The position numbers and the translations under genes are program-made. Under the pieces are notes generated by a model. That model saw only the letters and a list, made by a program, of their open reading frames with translations, was not told the DNA's origin and made no database searches. A stretch of 62,002 nt of DNA, filler included, from Sandaracinaceae bacterium (lineage in GTDB: Bacteria; Myxococcota_A; Polyangia; Polyangiales; JADJQN01), in the NCBI GenBank assembly GCA_947483975.1. It is 6 parts of 6 records of this genome, joined end to end, with 100 filler letters (N's around TTAATTAATTAA, not from the genome) between each part and the next. Parts side by side here need not be neighbours in the genome. Positions count along the whole stretch, not along the records: positions 10,532 to 20,826 come from CANKOL010000175.1; positions 20,927 to 31,172 come from CANKOL010000176.1; 4 more parts are not named here. One strand, 5' to 3'. Positions 18,272 through 28,922 of this stretch are shown here, piece by piece. Numbering within the stretch: the stretch's first letter is position 1; the number at the start of each line of letters is the position of its first letter.

Positions 18272-20239
18272 TCAGATGGGGGCTGCGGGGAGCACGAAGT
18301 CGGGGTTCTCAGTCAGGCGCGTGCCGTCATGCGCAAAGCTCGCGAGGTACGCCTCGATGCGCTCGATCGAGCGGTCCGTGCGCTCGCAGTCGAGGCAGAG
18401 GTTCAAGAGGTCGACGTACCAGGGCGCCTTCAGCGGGCTCGTCACGTAGCGGCTGACGATCTCGCGCGCGGTCGGCAGCGTCGTGTCCTTCGAGTCGTCG
18501 TGGACGTCCCTGTTGCCGGCGCGGCGGAGCTTCTCGTATTCCTCCGCGAGGAGCCGATCGAGGAGCGCGCGCGTCAGCGGGTCGCCCGCCTTCACACCGA
18601 CGGACGCGTCGTCCTCGGTGAAGGTCGCGCCCTTGTGCAGCCACTCCCAGAGGATCGAGAGGCGGATCTCGCCCGTCGCCATATCCTCCATCAGGTAGAG
18701 GACGTCGTCGTCGCCGAACGAATCGGCCGGCTTGAGCGCCGCCGCCTGGAAGCCGCGCCCGAACGCGTTGCCGTACTGCAGCGCGACCGAGAGCAGGTTG
18801 CGGGCGCCCGTCACGGTGCGCGGCGCGGGCTCGAGCAGGCGCAGCCCGTCCGCGTCGGCGTGCTCGTAGCTGAGCGGGGGGAAGCTCCGGCCAAGCTGGT
18901 TCGGCGCGCCGGCCTTCTCCCAGATCGGCCGCACGATGTGCACCATCTTCCAGTGCGCGACCCACTTGCCGCTCGCGCCGGCTTGCTGCTCGCGCTCCCC
19001 GCCGGCGACCGCGCGCTTCATGCTCGCGGCGACGCCCGCCGCCGAGCCGACGGGGATGTTCGCCTCCATGCCGCCTTGCCAGAGCGCGAAGCGGCCGTGC
19101 GCGTCGGGCGTGTTGACGGCGCAGCGGACGCGGTCCTCGTAGTTCCTCATGTACCCGTACGTCATCGTGATCGACTCGATGTTCGGGTTCACGAACGCCC
19201 GGTCCCACGCGTACGCATCGGAGACGCTGTTGATGTAGTCCCAGCGCCCGGTGTTGAAGCCGACGAAGCGCGCCCCGAGCGCGGCGCGGATCTCCATCAG
19301 CTGAAAGCACGCCTCGACCTGCTCGACGAGGACGTAGACCTTCACGCACGCGACGGGCAGCCCGAGGTGAAGCTCGAGCGCCGTCAGCAGCTCGTGCCAG
19401 AGCGCGGCCTCCTCGGCCGTCTGCAGCTTCGGCAGATAGAGCACCAGGGACGAGCCCGCGTCGCGGAGCGCGCGGTGGTTGTTGACGACGTAGAGCGCCG
19501 CGTCGACGATCGACGCCGAGAAGCCCGAGCCGTCGTGAGCGCGGATGTGCCGGTCGTCGAGGTGCAGCCCGCGCGCGCGGAAGATGCGCGTCGTGAAGTC
19601 GAGCTGCTGGCGCCAGTCGCTGATGAACGCGCGGCCGTGGAAGCCGAGCGACCAGGCGTTCATCTCGGCCGCGACCTGCTCGGCGACGCCGAGAAAGTGG
19701 GCGTCCCGCGCGAAGGCGAGCTTCAGGTTGCGCTGGTTGTCGAGCGACATCGTCGAGACCTGCCCGAGCGCGTCCTCGCCATCGAACATCCAGCCGTCGG
19801 CGCCCGAGAGCAGCGCGTAGGCGACGTTGCGGAGGCCCGCCTCGACGCTCGCGCGCGGCTTGGTCGCGGGGCCCGTGCCCTGGATCCACTGCCGCTCGAG
19901 GTCGCGCGGGATCTCGGAGCCCTCGAACTGCCCGGCGCGCGCCTGCGCGACGGTGAGGTTCGTCCGCGGGATCAGCCCCTCGGGCCGGAGGAACGCGATC
20001 GGCCGCTGCTCGCGCGCGCGCAGCGTGCGCCGGTCGATGCGCTCTCGCATCAGGCGCTGCCGCTCGCGGTTGAACGGCGCCAGCGCCTCGAGGGCGTCGA
20101 GCGCCGCCGGAGTGAGGACGTCGGGGTAAAGCCGCTGAAGGCCACCCCGCAGGAAGAGTCGCCCCGTACCCGTCTCAGCCCGTTCCGCAGGTCCCACGAT
20201 GCCTCCAGTGCAGGAGTTCGTGACACTCCCTCGTGTCAA
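18272..20239 (-). CDS. aceB: Malate synthase (start uncertain)
   Basis: ADGWMFDGED, RARGLHL, LYLPKL, GFNTGRWDYI, LMEDMATGEI; directly upstream of ICL on the same strand. Confidence 0.9.
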   Translation of the reverse strand: MTRGSVTNSCTGGIVGPAERAETGTGRLFLRGGLQRLYPDVLTPAALDALEALAPFNRERQRLMRERIDRRTLRAREQRPIAFLRPEGLIPRTNLTVAQARAGQFEGSEIPRDLERQWIQGTGPATKPRASVEAGLRNVAYALLSGADGWMFDGEDALGQVSTMSLDNQRNLKLAFARDAHFLGVAEQVAAEMNAWSLGFHGRAFISDWRQQLDFTTRIFRARGLHLDDRHIRAHDGSGFSASIVDAALYVVNNHRALRDAGSSLVLYLPKLQTAEEAALWHELLTALELHLGLPVACVKVYVLVEQVEACFQLMEIRAALGARFVGFNTGRWDYINSVSDAYAWDRAFVNPNIESITMTYGYMRNYEDRVRCAVNTPDAHGRFALWQGGMEANIPVGSAAGVAASMKRAVAGGEREQQAGASGKWVAHWKMVHIVRPIWEKAGAPNQLGRSFPPLSYEHADADGLRLLEPAPRTVTGARNLLSVALQYGNAFGRGFQAAALKPADSFGDDDVLYLMEDMATGEIRLSILWEWLHKGATFTEDDASVGVKAGDPLTRALLDRLLAEEYEKLRRAGNRDVHDDSKDTTLPTAREIVSRYVTSPLKAPWYVDLLNLCLDCERTDRSIERIEAYLASFAHDGTRLTENPDFVLPAAPI

Positions 20240-20301
20240 CGACGCTGTGCGTCAAGTGGGCACGGGCGCGGTCTTCGCAAGCAGGACGCGGGGCGGCCGG
20301 C

Positions 20302-20826
20302 TCAGGCGTCGAGGCGCGCCCAGAGAAAGCGCAGCAGCGCCTGCGCCTTCGGGACGAAGCTCGCGAGCTCCACGTATTCCGTTTGCGTGTGAAAGCCCGC
20401 GCCCCGCGGGCCGAGGCCGTCGATGGCGGGCACGCCGACCGCGCTGACGGTGTTCGCGTCGCTGCCTCCGCCGATCAGCGGCGTCTCGCCGTCGCCGAGC
20501 CCCGACGCGCGCTGGCACGCGGCGTACTCGCGGTAGAGCGCGGCGGAGGCGTCGGTGCGCTCCATCGGCAGGCGGCTCACGCCCCCGTCGAAGGTGAGGC
20601 TCGTGTTCGGCACGCCGAGCGTCGCCTCGTCGGCGGCGGCGCGCAGCGCGGCGAGGAGCGCGTTCGCGTCGGCGACGGACTCGAAGCGCAGGTCGACGAC
20701 GCACCTCGCCTCGTCGGGCACGGTGTTCTTGCTGGTGCCGCCCGTGATGGTGCCCACGTTGACGGTGACGCCGCGCGCGTAGTCCGTCAGGCGCTGCGCG
20801 AGATCGATGAAGCGCGCGAGCGCCCA
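20302..20826 (-). CDS. M20 family metallopeptidase (carboxypeptidase G2-like), 5' truncated
   Basis: VNVGTITGGTSKNTVP, GGGSDAN, IDGLGPRGAGFHTQTEY. Confidence 0.88.
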   Translation of the reverse strand, partial: WALARFIDLAQRLTDYARGVTVNVGTITGGTSKNTVPDEARCVVDLRFESVADANALLAALRAAADEATLGVPNTSLTFDGGVSRLPMERTDASAALYREYAACQRASGLGDGETPLIGGGSDANTVSAVGVPAIDGLGPRGAGFHTQTEYVELASFVPKAQALLRFLWARLDA

Positions 20827-20926
20827 NNNNNNNNNNNNNNNNNNNNNNNNNNNNNNNNNNNNNNNNNNNNTTAATTAATTAANNNNNNNNNNNNNNNNNN
20901 NNNNNNNNNNNNNNNNNNNNNNNNNN
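20827..20926. other. Artificial contig linker
   Basis: N44-TTAATTAATTAA-N44. Confidence 0.98.
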
Positions 20927-23900
20927 AGCGGCGGGCTGCGGCGCGACCGGCTCCTCCGCAGGCTCGGCGCTCGCGGCCGCGGCCTCTGCGTGCATCGTGC
21001 GGATCGCGCGCTGCTGCGCCTCGATCGCCTTGCGCCGCGCCTCCTCGATGCGCGCGATGTCGTCCTCGCGCTGCAGCTGGAACTTGTACATGTTCCCAGC
21101 GACCGAGGACTTGATGCTCTCCATCATCGCGATGAAGAGATCGAAGCCTTCCTTCTTGTATTCCTTCTTCGGATCGCGCTGGCCGTAGCCGCGCAGCCCG
21201 ATGCCGTCCCGCAGGGACTCCATGTTCTGCAGGTGATCGATCCACTGACGATCGATCTCCTGGAGGAAGAAATTCCTGAAGATGCGCAGATAGAGGAGCG
21301 AGCCAGTCTCCTCCTCGCGCTTCTTGAGGATCGCCTCTGCGTCCTTGTAGAGGCGCGCCGCCATCGACTCGACGTCGTGCACCTTGTCGAGCCCGCTGAG
21401 CTTGATGCCAAACTGATCGAGATACGCGCGCTCGAGCCCCGCGATGTCCCAATCCTCGTAGTGCTTCTTCGGCGGACACGTGCGCTCGACGAGCACGCCG
21501 ACGATCTCGTCGATCAGATCGAGCAAGCGCTCGCGCTGCTCCGTCAGCGAGAACGGCACCGCCTCCTCGAGGAGCGTGAGCGCCTCGCGCGGGTCCGTCG
21601 CGACCTTCTTCAGGTCCGCGCGATACCCGAACTCGCGATAGACGACCTGCTCGAGCCAATCGAACGCGACCTGCTGCGGCTTCTCGCCGTTGGTCAGCCG
21701 ACCGCTGAGGATGTCCTCGAGGCTCGTCTGCATGACGAGCTCGCGCACCTTGGCGACCTCGTCCTGCGGCGCGCCCTGCGGCGGCTGCACGAGCGAGAGC
21801 TTCACCATCTCGGTGAGCGGCTTCTCCACGAGCGCGCGCAGGCGCTCGTCCGTCTTCTCGACGATCATCGTGGGCTGCGCGCCCTTCTTCGCCTTCTCCT
21901 CGGTCGGCAGCGCGCGATACTGCCCCTCGAGCACCTGACGACGCAGCGCATAGACGCTCTTGCGCTGCTGATTCATCACGTCGTCGTAATCGAGCAGATG
22001 CTTGCGCATGTCGAAGTTACGCTCTTCGACCTTCGTCTGCGCGTTCTCCACCGCCTTGGTCACCCAGGGGTGCTCGATCGGCACGCCCTCCTCCATGCCG
22101 AGGCGGTCCATCAAGCCCTGAATGCGCTCCCCCGCGAAGATACGCATGAGGTCGTCCTCGAGCGACAGGAAGAAGTGCGACGAGCCGGGATCTCCCTGAC
22201 GACCCGCGCGCCCGCGCAGCTGATTGTCGATGCGGCGCGACTCGTGCCGCTCCGTGCCGAGGATGTGCAGGCCGCCCGCCTCGATGACCTCGCGCTTCTC
22301 GCGCTCGCAGATACCCTTGTATCGCTCGGTCGTCGTGAGGATCGCGGCGTCGAGATCGACCCTCAGATCGTCGGGAGTCTTGCCGAGCGCGGCATAGGCT
22401 TCCTCCGTGTACTGCGGGTCGTTGGTGACCTCGTAGCGCGCGAGCATCTCGGGGTTGCCGCCGAGCAAGATGTCGGTGCCTCGACCGGCCATGTTCGTCG
22501 CGACGGTGACGGAGCCCTTTCGCCCCGCCTGCGCGACGACGTACGCCTCCCGCTCGTGCTGCTTCGCGTTGAGGACGTGGTGCGAGATCCCGCTGCGCTC
22601 GAGCATGCGGTGGAGCGCGTCCGACTTCTCGACGCTGGTCGTGCCGACGAGCACCGGCTGCCCGTGCTCGTTGCAGTCCTTGATCTCCTCGACGACCGCG
22701 TTGAACTTCTCGCGCTCGGTCTTGTAGACGAGGTCGTGATCGTCTTTTCGAGAGATCGGAGTGTTGGTCGGGATGACCTGCACTTCGAGGTTGTAGATCT
22801 TGTGGAACTCGCCCGCTTCGGTGTCGGCGGTGCCGGTCATGCCGGCGAGCTTCTTGTAGAGTCGGAAGAGGTTCTGGAAGGAGATCGTGGCGAGCGTGCG
22901 ATTCTCGTCCTGAATCGGCACTTGCTCCTTCGCCTCGACCGCCTGATGCAGACCGTCCGACCAACGCCGACCCGCGAGCGCGCGGCCCGTGAACTCGTCG
23001 ATGATGATGATCTTGCCGGTGTCAGTCACCATGTAGTGCTGATCGCGCTTGTAGAGCGCGTGAGCCCGCAGGGACTGATTGAGGATGTGCAACGACTCGA
23101 GGTTGACCGGATCGAAGAGGTTCTCGACCTGCGAAATCCCACGCTCGCGCAGGAGCTTCTGCGCGCGGATGATGCCGTCTTCGGTCAGCTGCGCAGAGTG
23201 GTTCTTCTCATCGACGTTGAAGTGCTCGTCCTTGCGGAGGCGCGGGATCAGCTCGTTGATGCGCGCGTATTTGTCGCTCGCGCTCTCGCCGGGACCGGAG
23301 ATGATCAGCGGGGTGCGCGCCTCGTCGATCAGGATCGAGTCCACCTCGTCGACGATCGCGAAGTTCAGCTCGCGCTGCGCGTAGTCGAAGATGCTGAACT
23401 TCATGTTGTCGCGCAGATAATCGAAGCCGAACTCGTTGTTCTGGCCGTAGGTGATGTCGCAGCGATAGGCGCGCTTCTTCGCGCCGTCGCCCTGCGAGTG
23501 CACCACGACGCCGGTCGACAGGCCGAGCCAGCCGTAGAGGCGCCCCATCCACTCGGCGTCGCGGGTCGCGAGGTAGTCGTTGACCGTGACGACCTGCACG
23601 CCCTTGCCCTCGAGCCCGTTGAGGTAGCAGGGCAGCGTCGCGACGAGGGTCTTGCCTTCGCCGGTCTTCATCTCGGCGATGCGCCCCTGATGGAGCGTCA
23701 TGCCGCCGAGCAGCTGCACGTCGTAGTGCCGCATGCCGAGCACGCGACGGCTCGCCTCGCGACACGTCGCGAACGCCGGCACGAGGAGGTCGTCGAGCGT
23801 GGCGCCCTGATCGAGCTTCTCCTTGAACTCGGCGGTCTTGCCCTGCAATTGCGCGTCGGAGTACGCCTTGTACTTGCTCTCGAGCGCGTTGATCTGGTCC

Positions 23901-23977
23901 ACCACGGGGCGCATGCGCTTGAGGTCGCGCTCATGCTTCGTCCCCATCATCTTCTTGAGAATCCAGTCGAACATCAC
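20927..23977 (-). CDS. secA: Preprotein translocase ATPase SecA, C-terminus truncated
   Basis: MKTGEGKT, DEVDSILIDEARTPLIISG, ATNMAGRGTDI, RRIDNQLRGRAGRQGDPG. Confidence 0.98.
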
Positions 23978-24079
23978 GGCTCCGGCTGCCTCGTTCGGGC
24001 ACTCGCGTGGGCGCCCTGTTGCGCAGCGGCGGCACTCTAGTTCCCCATGCGGGGACGTGCAATTGACCTGGTGGCGCGC

Positions 24080-25588
24080 TCACCCCACGTTCGCCGCGAG
24101 CCGCGCGAGCACGAAGGCGAGCGTCGCGAGGAACGCGAGCACGACCGCCCCCACGATCGCGAGCACGGCGAGCGTGTCCCGACGCCGGTTGGAGGCGCTC
24201 TCGGCCTCGGGGTCCCCCGCCTCGAGCAGCAGCGCGCGCGCCTCGCGGGACGCGCGGAGCCCGCGACCGAGGAGCCACAGCACGAGCAGGCCGCTCAGCA
24301 GCACGAGCGCGATCCCCGCGAGCAGTCGGACACGCTCGCGGGTCGCGAGCGCCCGCGCGATCGCCGCGTCGCGACCACTGACGGCCGTCGGCGTCGCGAG
24401 GCGCTCCGCGTCGAGCGCCGCGAAGGTGAAGCGCGCCATTCGGAGGGCGAAGGCGCGGTCGCGGTCCTGCGCGTAGCCCGCCATCGCGGGCTCGAGCGGG
24501 GGCGCTTCGTACGCGTCGCGCGCGACGTGCACGTAGCGCGAGGCCGCCGCGCTCGAGTCGAAGAGATCCGTGCGCGCCTGCACCTGATGCGGCACGGCGC
24601 GGTCGAAGCGAAAGCCCGGCAGCGCGCGCGGATGGTCGAGCGCGCCGGCGGCGAACGCGTGCGTGTACACCCAGCGACCTTCGGCGAAGACGTCGATGAT
24701 CACGGGCCGGCCGCGCGGCGCGCCGAGCACATGAACGCTCGGCGTGCTGCCGAGGAGCCCGAACGGCGAGACCTCGAGCTGCAGCTCACCGAGGGCGACC
24801 GGGAGGCGCAGCGTGCGGCGTCCAAGCTCCGTGCCGGCGCGGCGGAGGATCAGCGCGGTCTCGCCCTCCGGCCCGTGCACGCGCGCGCTCAGCGAGACGA
24901 CGTCGGGCTTCGTCAGGGGCGCGGCGGCGGGCGCGGCAGGCTCGACCGAAGGCGTCGCGTCGAGCGCGACGTCCACGGGCGGATCGCCCACGCGCACGAG
25001 CACTTTGCAGGGCACCTCTGGCACGCACGTCGCGCCGACGACGCGCACCTCGATGCTCGGATCGAAGGGCGCGCCCGGCTCCGAGGGCGGCGCTGCGGGT
25101 AGAAAACGCCCCACTGCCAGCATCGCGAGCGGCGCGACCTCACGCGGTGCCGGCTGCGCAGCCGACGCCTCAGGCCCCACGACGAACGGCGCCCGCACGG
25201 CCGCGGACCGCGCGCGAGCGACCAGCGTGTAGCGCCCCGCGGCGAGCGTGCGCGGCACGACGAGCGCGCCCTCCATCGACTTCGCGGGCGACACCAGGAG
25301 GCGCGTTTGCGCCTGAATCTGCTCGTGCGCGTCGATGAGCGTGACGTCGATGGGCGCGGTCGTCAGCGTCGGTCCGTCGGGCTCGTCGAGGCGGCCGAGC
25401 AGGTTGGCTCGGAGCGCCACGCGATCACCCGGGCGCGCGGCGGAAGGCGCGACGAGCTGAAGCTCCGTGTCCGGACCGGCCTGCTCAGACGCGAGCACTG
25501 CGCCGACGACGAGCGCGACCGAGACCGGCGCGAGCACGCCGACGACCCAATCAGCGAGCTTGCGGCGCAGAGACCCGCGGCGGCTCAC
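24080..25588 (-). CDS. Membrane-anchored protein with a macroglobulin (MG)-like beta-sandwich; probable GTG start
   Basis: N-terminal TM, RPGDRVALRA...GRYTLVAR, two C-terminal TM helices; follows fur. Confidence 0.5.
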   Translation of the reverse strand: MSRRGSLRRKLADWVVGVLAPVSVALVVGAVLASEQAGPDTELQLVAPSAARPGDRVALRANLLGRLDEPDGPTLTTAPIDVTLIDAHEQIQAQTRLLVSPAKSMEGALVVPRTLAAGRYTLVARARSAAVRAPFVVGPEASAAQPAPREVAPLAMLAVGRFLPAAPPSEPGAPFDPSIEVRVVGATCVPEVPCKVLVRVGDPPVDVALDATPSVEPAAPAAAPLTKPDVVSLSARVHGPEGETALILRRAGTELGRRTLRLPVALGELQLEVSPFGLLGSTPSVHVLGAPRGRPVIIDVFAEGRWVYTHAFAAGALDHPRALPGFRFDRAVPHQVQARTDLFDSSAAASRYVHVARDAYEAPPLEPAMAGYAQDRDRAFALRMARFTFAALDAERLATPTAVSGRDAAIARALATRERVRLLAGIALVLLSGLLVLWLLGRGLRASREARALLLEAGDPEAESASNRRRDTLAVLAIVGAVVLAFLATLAFVLARLAANVG

Positions 25589-25608
25589 GCCCGTGCTCGC
25601 CGGCGTGG

Positions 25609-26079
25609 TCAGGCGCGCGCCTTCTGGCAGCCGACGCACACGCCGTAGAGCTCGTGCCGATGGCTCGAGAGCGCGAAGCCGTGCCGCCGCGCGACCTGCT
25701 CTTGCAGCTCCTCGATGGCGTGGTCCTCGAACTCCTCGATGCGCCCGCACTGCACGCAGATCAGGTGATCGTGGTGCTTCTCCGCGTGCGCTAGCTCGTA
25801 GCGCGTCGGCCCGTCGCGGAACTGCCGCTCGTAAGCGAGGCCGCACTCGGCGAGCAGCTTGAGCGTGCGATAGACCGTCGCGTAGCCGACCGAGGGCTCC
25901 CGCTTGCGCACCAGCGCGAGCAGATCGTCCGTGCTGAGGTGCCCGCGCGTGCGGAAGAAGATGTCGCTGACGAGGCGCCGCTGATTGGTCGAGCGGAGGC
26001 CCTTCTCCCGGATGTAGGAGTTGAGCGCGTCGTGCAGGGCGTCGAGCTTCTCCGGAACCAGCTGAATGACGTTCCCCAT
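25609..26079 (-). CDS. fur: Fur family transcriptional regulator
   Basis: GLRSTNQR, ATVYRTLKLL, HHDHLICVQCG, LYGVCVGC. Confidence 0.92.
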   Translation of the reverse strand: MGNVIQLVPEKLDALHDALNSYIREKGLRSTNQRRLVSDIFFRTRGHLSTDDLLALVRKREPSVGYATVYRTLKLLAECGLAYERQFRDGPTRYELAHAEKHHDHLICVQCGRIEEFEDHAIEELQEQVARRHGFALSSHRHELYGVCVGCQKARA

Positions 26080-26193
26080 CGCGAGGCTGTTAACGTAACA
26101 CGGCTGGCGGGCGCTCTCCGCCGAGGCTCGGGTCCGCGGGGGCGCTCGGTCCTCCGCTTGCGGCGCGCGGGCCACCCGGCGCATCATCGAGCG

Positions 26194-27021
26194 ATGCCTA
26201 CACACTTCGCTTCCCCCCGCGCGCTCGCCACGCTCGCGGCGTTGTTCGTGACGCTCGCGGCCTCCCCTGCGGCCGCGTTTCGCGTGCTGAACATCTCCAC
26301 CGCGGGCACGCCTTCGTGCGACGCCCCCATCGACTGCGTGACGCCCGGGACGCCCTGTGACCTACCGTCGAGCACGACCTGCGAGTCGCTGCACTACGCA
26401 GGGAGCGCGGACTTCGTGAACATGTGCGTCGCTCCCGACTACGTTCGCTACTGCTGCGAGACGGACGCCGACTGCCCGGTGCAGGGCACCATGCCGGGGC
26501 GCTGCGTGTTGCCGAGGCTCGGCGACACCTCCTTCGGCGCAGGACTTTGCGCGTACGGCGTGTTCGAGCATTGCCGCGGCGCCGGGCTTCGCAGCGACGC
26601 GCAGGCCATCGCCGCTTGTTTTCGGACGACCGCCGGCGAGTCGACCGCCCCGTACGGCACGGTCCCGTGGGCCTATGGCGACTGCGACGGGGACGGGATG
26701 CCGAACGGCACGGACGTGTGCCTCTGCGACCCGGGCAACACCTGTCGAATGAGCGATGGCGGCGTGGACCCGAGCGACGCGGGGATGCCGGTCGAGCCCG
26801 ACGCGGGCCCTGAGCAGGACGCTGGCACGGTGCCCTTCGACGCGGGGACGCCGGACGTCGACGCGAACCTGCCGCCCGGCACCGGCCTGACGTTCCGCGG
26901 CGCCGGGGGCTTGTCCTGCGACCTCGGCCACGGGCGTGACGACCGAGGCGGGGCGCTCGCTGCGCTCTTCGCGGTCGGCAGCCTCCTCGGCTGGCGCCTC
27001 CGCCGTCGTTCGCGCGGCTGA
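26194..27021 (+). CDS. Cys-rich secreted protein with a MYXO-CTERM-like anchor
   Basis: Signal peptide, many Cys, DAG-rich linker, FRGAGGLSC followed by TM and RRRSRG. Confidence 0.7.
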   Translation: MPTHFASPRALATLAALFVTLAASPAAAFRVLNISTAGTPSCDAPIDCVTPGTPCDLPSSTTCESLHYAGSADFVNMCVAPDYVRYCCETDADCPVQGTMPGRCVLPRLGDTSFGAGLCAYGVFEHCRGAGLRSDAQAIAACFRTTAGESTAPYGTVPWAYGDCDGDGMPNGTDVCLCDPGNTCRMSDGGVDPSDAGMPVEPDAGPEQDAGTVPFDAGTPDVDANLPPGTGLTFRGAGGLSCDLGHGRDDRGGALAALFAVGSLLGWRLRRRSRG

Positions 27022-27077
27022 CGCTCATTCGAGGGCAGGTCTGGGCGCGTCTCGGCGTAGACTCTCGCCGATCGTCC

Positions 27078-27746
27078 ATGGGTTACTGGGCTTACTATCT
27101 CGGTTTCATCGTCCTCGCGTATGCGCTCCAGTACCCCTGGCTGCTCGCGGGGATCGTCGTGTTCTTCCTGCTGCGCCGGTTCGTCCCGGATCCGTTCGTG
27201 CTGCTGCGCACCATGGGGCGCATCCGCCAGCTGCGCGCGCAGGTGCAATCGAACCCGGCGAACCTGACGGCGCGGCGCGACCTCGCGGGGATCTACCTCG
27301 AGCGGCTCCGCCCGCGCGCGGCGCTGCAGCTCCTCGACGAGGCGCGCAAGCGCGAGCCCATGAACCCCGAGCTGCTCTACCTGACCGGCGTCGCGCGGCA
27401 CCGCATCGGCGAACACGAGAGCGCGCTCGAGGCGCTCGTCAGCGCGGTGCAGACGGATAGTCGCCTGCGCTTCGGCGAGCCCTACCTCGTCGCGGGGGAC
27501 GCGCTGACGCGTTTGAAGCGCGACGAAGAGGCGGAGGACGCGTACGAGCGCTACGTCGAGTCCAACAGCTCATCCGTCGAGGGCTATCTGAAGCTCGCGC
27601 TGACGCGCCGCCGCTGCGGGCACCGCGACGCCGCGCAGGCGGCGCTCCAAGAGGCGCTCGACACCTTCAGTCAACTGCCGAGCTTCCGACGCCGTCAGCA
27701 GCTGAGTTGGTGGCTCCGCGCACAGGTCGCGCGGCTGTACACATGA
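27078..27746 (+). CDS. Membrane-anchored TPR protein
   Basis: Two N-terminal hydrophobic helices followed by TPR-like helices. Confidence 0.75.
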   Translation: MGYWAYYLGFIVLAYALQYPWLLAGIVVFFLLRRFVPDPFVLLRTMGRIRQLRAQVQSNPANLTARRDLAGIYLERLRPRAALQLLDEARKREPMNPELLYLTGVARHRIGEHESALEALVSAVQTDSRLRFGEPYLVAGDALTRLKRDEEAEDAYERYVESNSSSVEGYLKLALTRRRCGHRDAAQAALQEALDTFSQLPSFRRRQQLSWWLRAQVARLYT

Positions 27747-27856
27747 TCCCGATTTGCGTCGCGCTCGCGGCGCCGCGCTAGGTTTTCTGCTTGTCCGAGG
27801 GGCGCTCGCCAGCGATGCTCGCGCGGTCGGAGACACGCCACGAATAAGGGGATGCC

Positions 27857-28903
27857 ATGGGTTTCATCCAGTCGATCATCGATTTCTTCATGAAGTTGTT
27901 TGGCCTGGCGAAGGACGAGCCTGCGGCGCTCTCGGCCCCTTCCGCGCCGAGCGCGAACAGCACCTCGAGCGCGCGCGCTGACTCGAGCGACGACGACGAC
28001 GACGAACCGCGGGAGAAGTCGCCCGCCGAGCGCCGGGCCTACGTCGAGAAGGAGTACGCCGACCTGCAGGCGTTCGCGGCGCGCTGCGAGGCGCAGCGCA
28101 TCGACCTCAAGAACCTCGACGTCCGCGCGCCCGAGACGTATTGGGCGACGCTCTTCGCCTTCGAGGGCGCGCAGCAGGACGGCGCGGAGCCCGCGCAGGC
28201 CTACGCGTCCATCGGCTTCTCGAAGGCCGAGTGGGAGAACGTCTCCCAGTACTTCCAGGCGAAGTGGTCGCACATCGCGACCGACAGCGACGGACTGCCG
28301 CAGGTCACCGTGAAGGACGAGTTCACGAACGCCGCGATGACGGCGCGCATGGGCCAGATGGCCGCGAAACAGGCGGCGGCGGCGGCGGCCGATCCGACCT
28401 TGCTCGCGCCCGTCGAGGGGATCTCCGTCGACGTTTGGGCGACGGCGGCCGTGGCGATGACGAAGCTCGCGATGGACGCGACCGCGGCGGACGTCAACAA
28501 GGTGCTCGCCGGCTACGGCATGGACCGCGCGAAGTGGGACGCCATCAACGCGGGCTGGATGACGAAGATGCAGGGCGATGTGACGGGCGCCATCGCCACG
28601 AAGTACGGCGCGGCGTTCACGAGCGCGCAGGGGCAAGCCGCGGACGGCCCGGAGCCGTGCACCTTCGAGCGGTTCTGCGAGGTCGGCGCGGCGCAGGCGA
28701 TGTGGGCCGAGCAGGGGCTCGACGTGAACGCGCAGCTGCAGAAGGTGTTCAGCCTCAAGGCGACCGACTGGTCGAAGTACGGCGCGTATTGGTCGCCGCG
28801 CCTGAGCACGGACATCGCGCTGGCGCGCAAGTACTCCGACCTCGACGCGAAGTACCGCCTGAAATACAAGGGCGCCGCGATGGACGACGACCTCTCGCTC
28901 TGA
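27857..28903 (+). CDS. Helical repeat protein, DUF6620-like
   Basis: Three related units (GFSKAEWENVSQYF, GMDRAKWDAINAGW, SLKATDWSKYGAYW); strong coding bias. Confidence 0.6.
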   Translation: MGFIQSIIDFFMKLFGLAKDEPAALSAPSAPSANSTSSARADSSDDDDDEPREKSPAERRAYVEKEYADLQAFAARCEAQRIDLKNLDVRAPETYWATLFAFEGAQQDGAEPAQAYASIGFSKAEWENVSQYFQAKWSHIATDSDGLPQVTVKDEFTNAAMTARMGQMAAKQAAAAAADPTLLAPVEGISVDVWATAAVAMTKLAMDATAADVNKVLAGYGMDRAKWDAINAGWMTKMQGDVTGAIATKYGAAFTSAQGQAADGPEPCTFERFCEVGAAQAMWAEQGLDVNAQLQKVFSLKATDWSKYGAYWSPRLSTDIALARKYSDLDAKYRLKYKGAAMDDDLSL

Positions 28904-28922
28904 GGCGCGCGCCGAGCTTCGA

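Noticed and set aside
16361..20392. 1343-aa plus-strand ORF and similar long ORFs (20990-24040, 52247-55405, 7310-9580, 37335-39608)
   Set aside because: Antisense or off-frame shadows of real genes in high-GC DNA; Arg/Ala-rich with no motifs.
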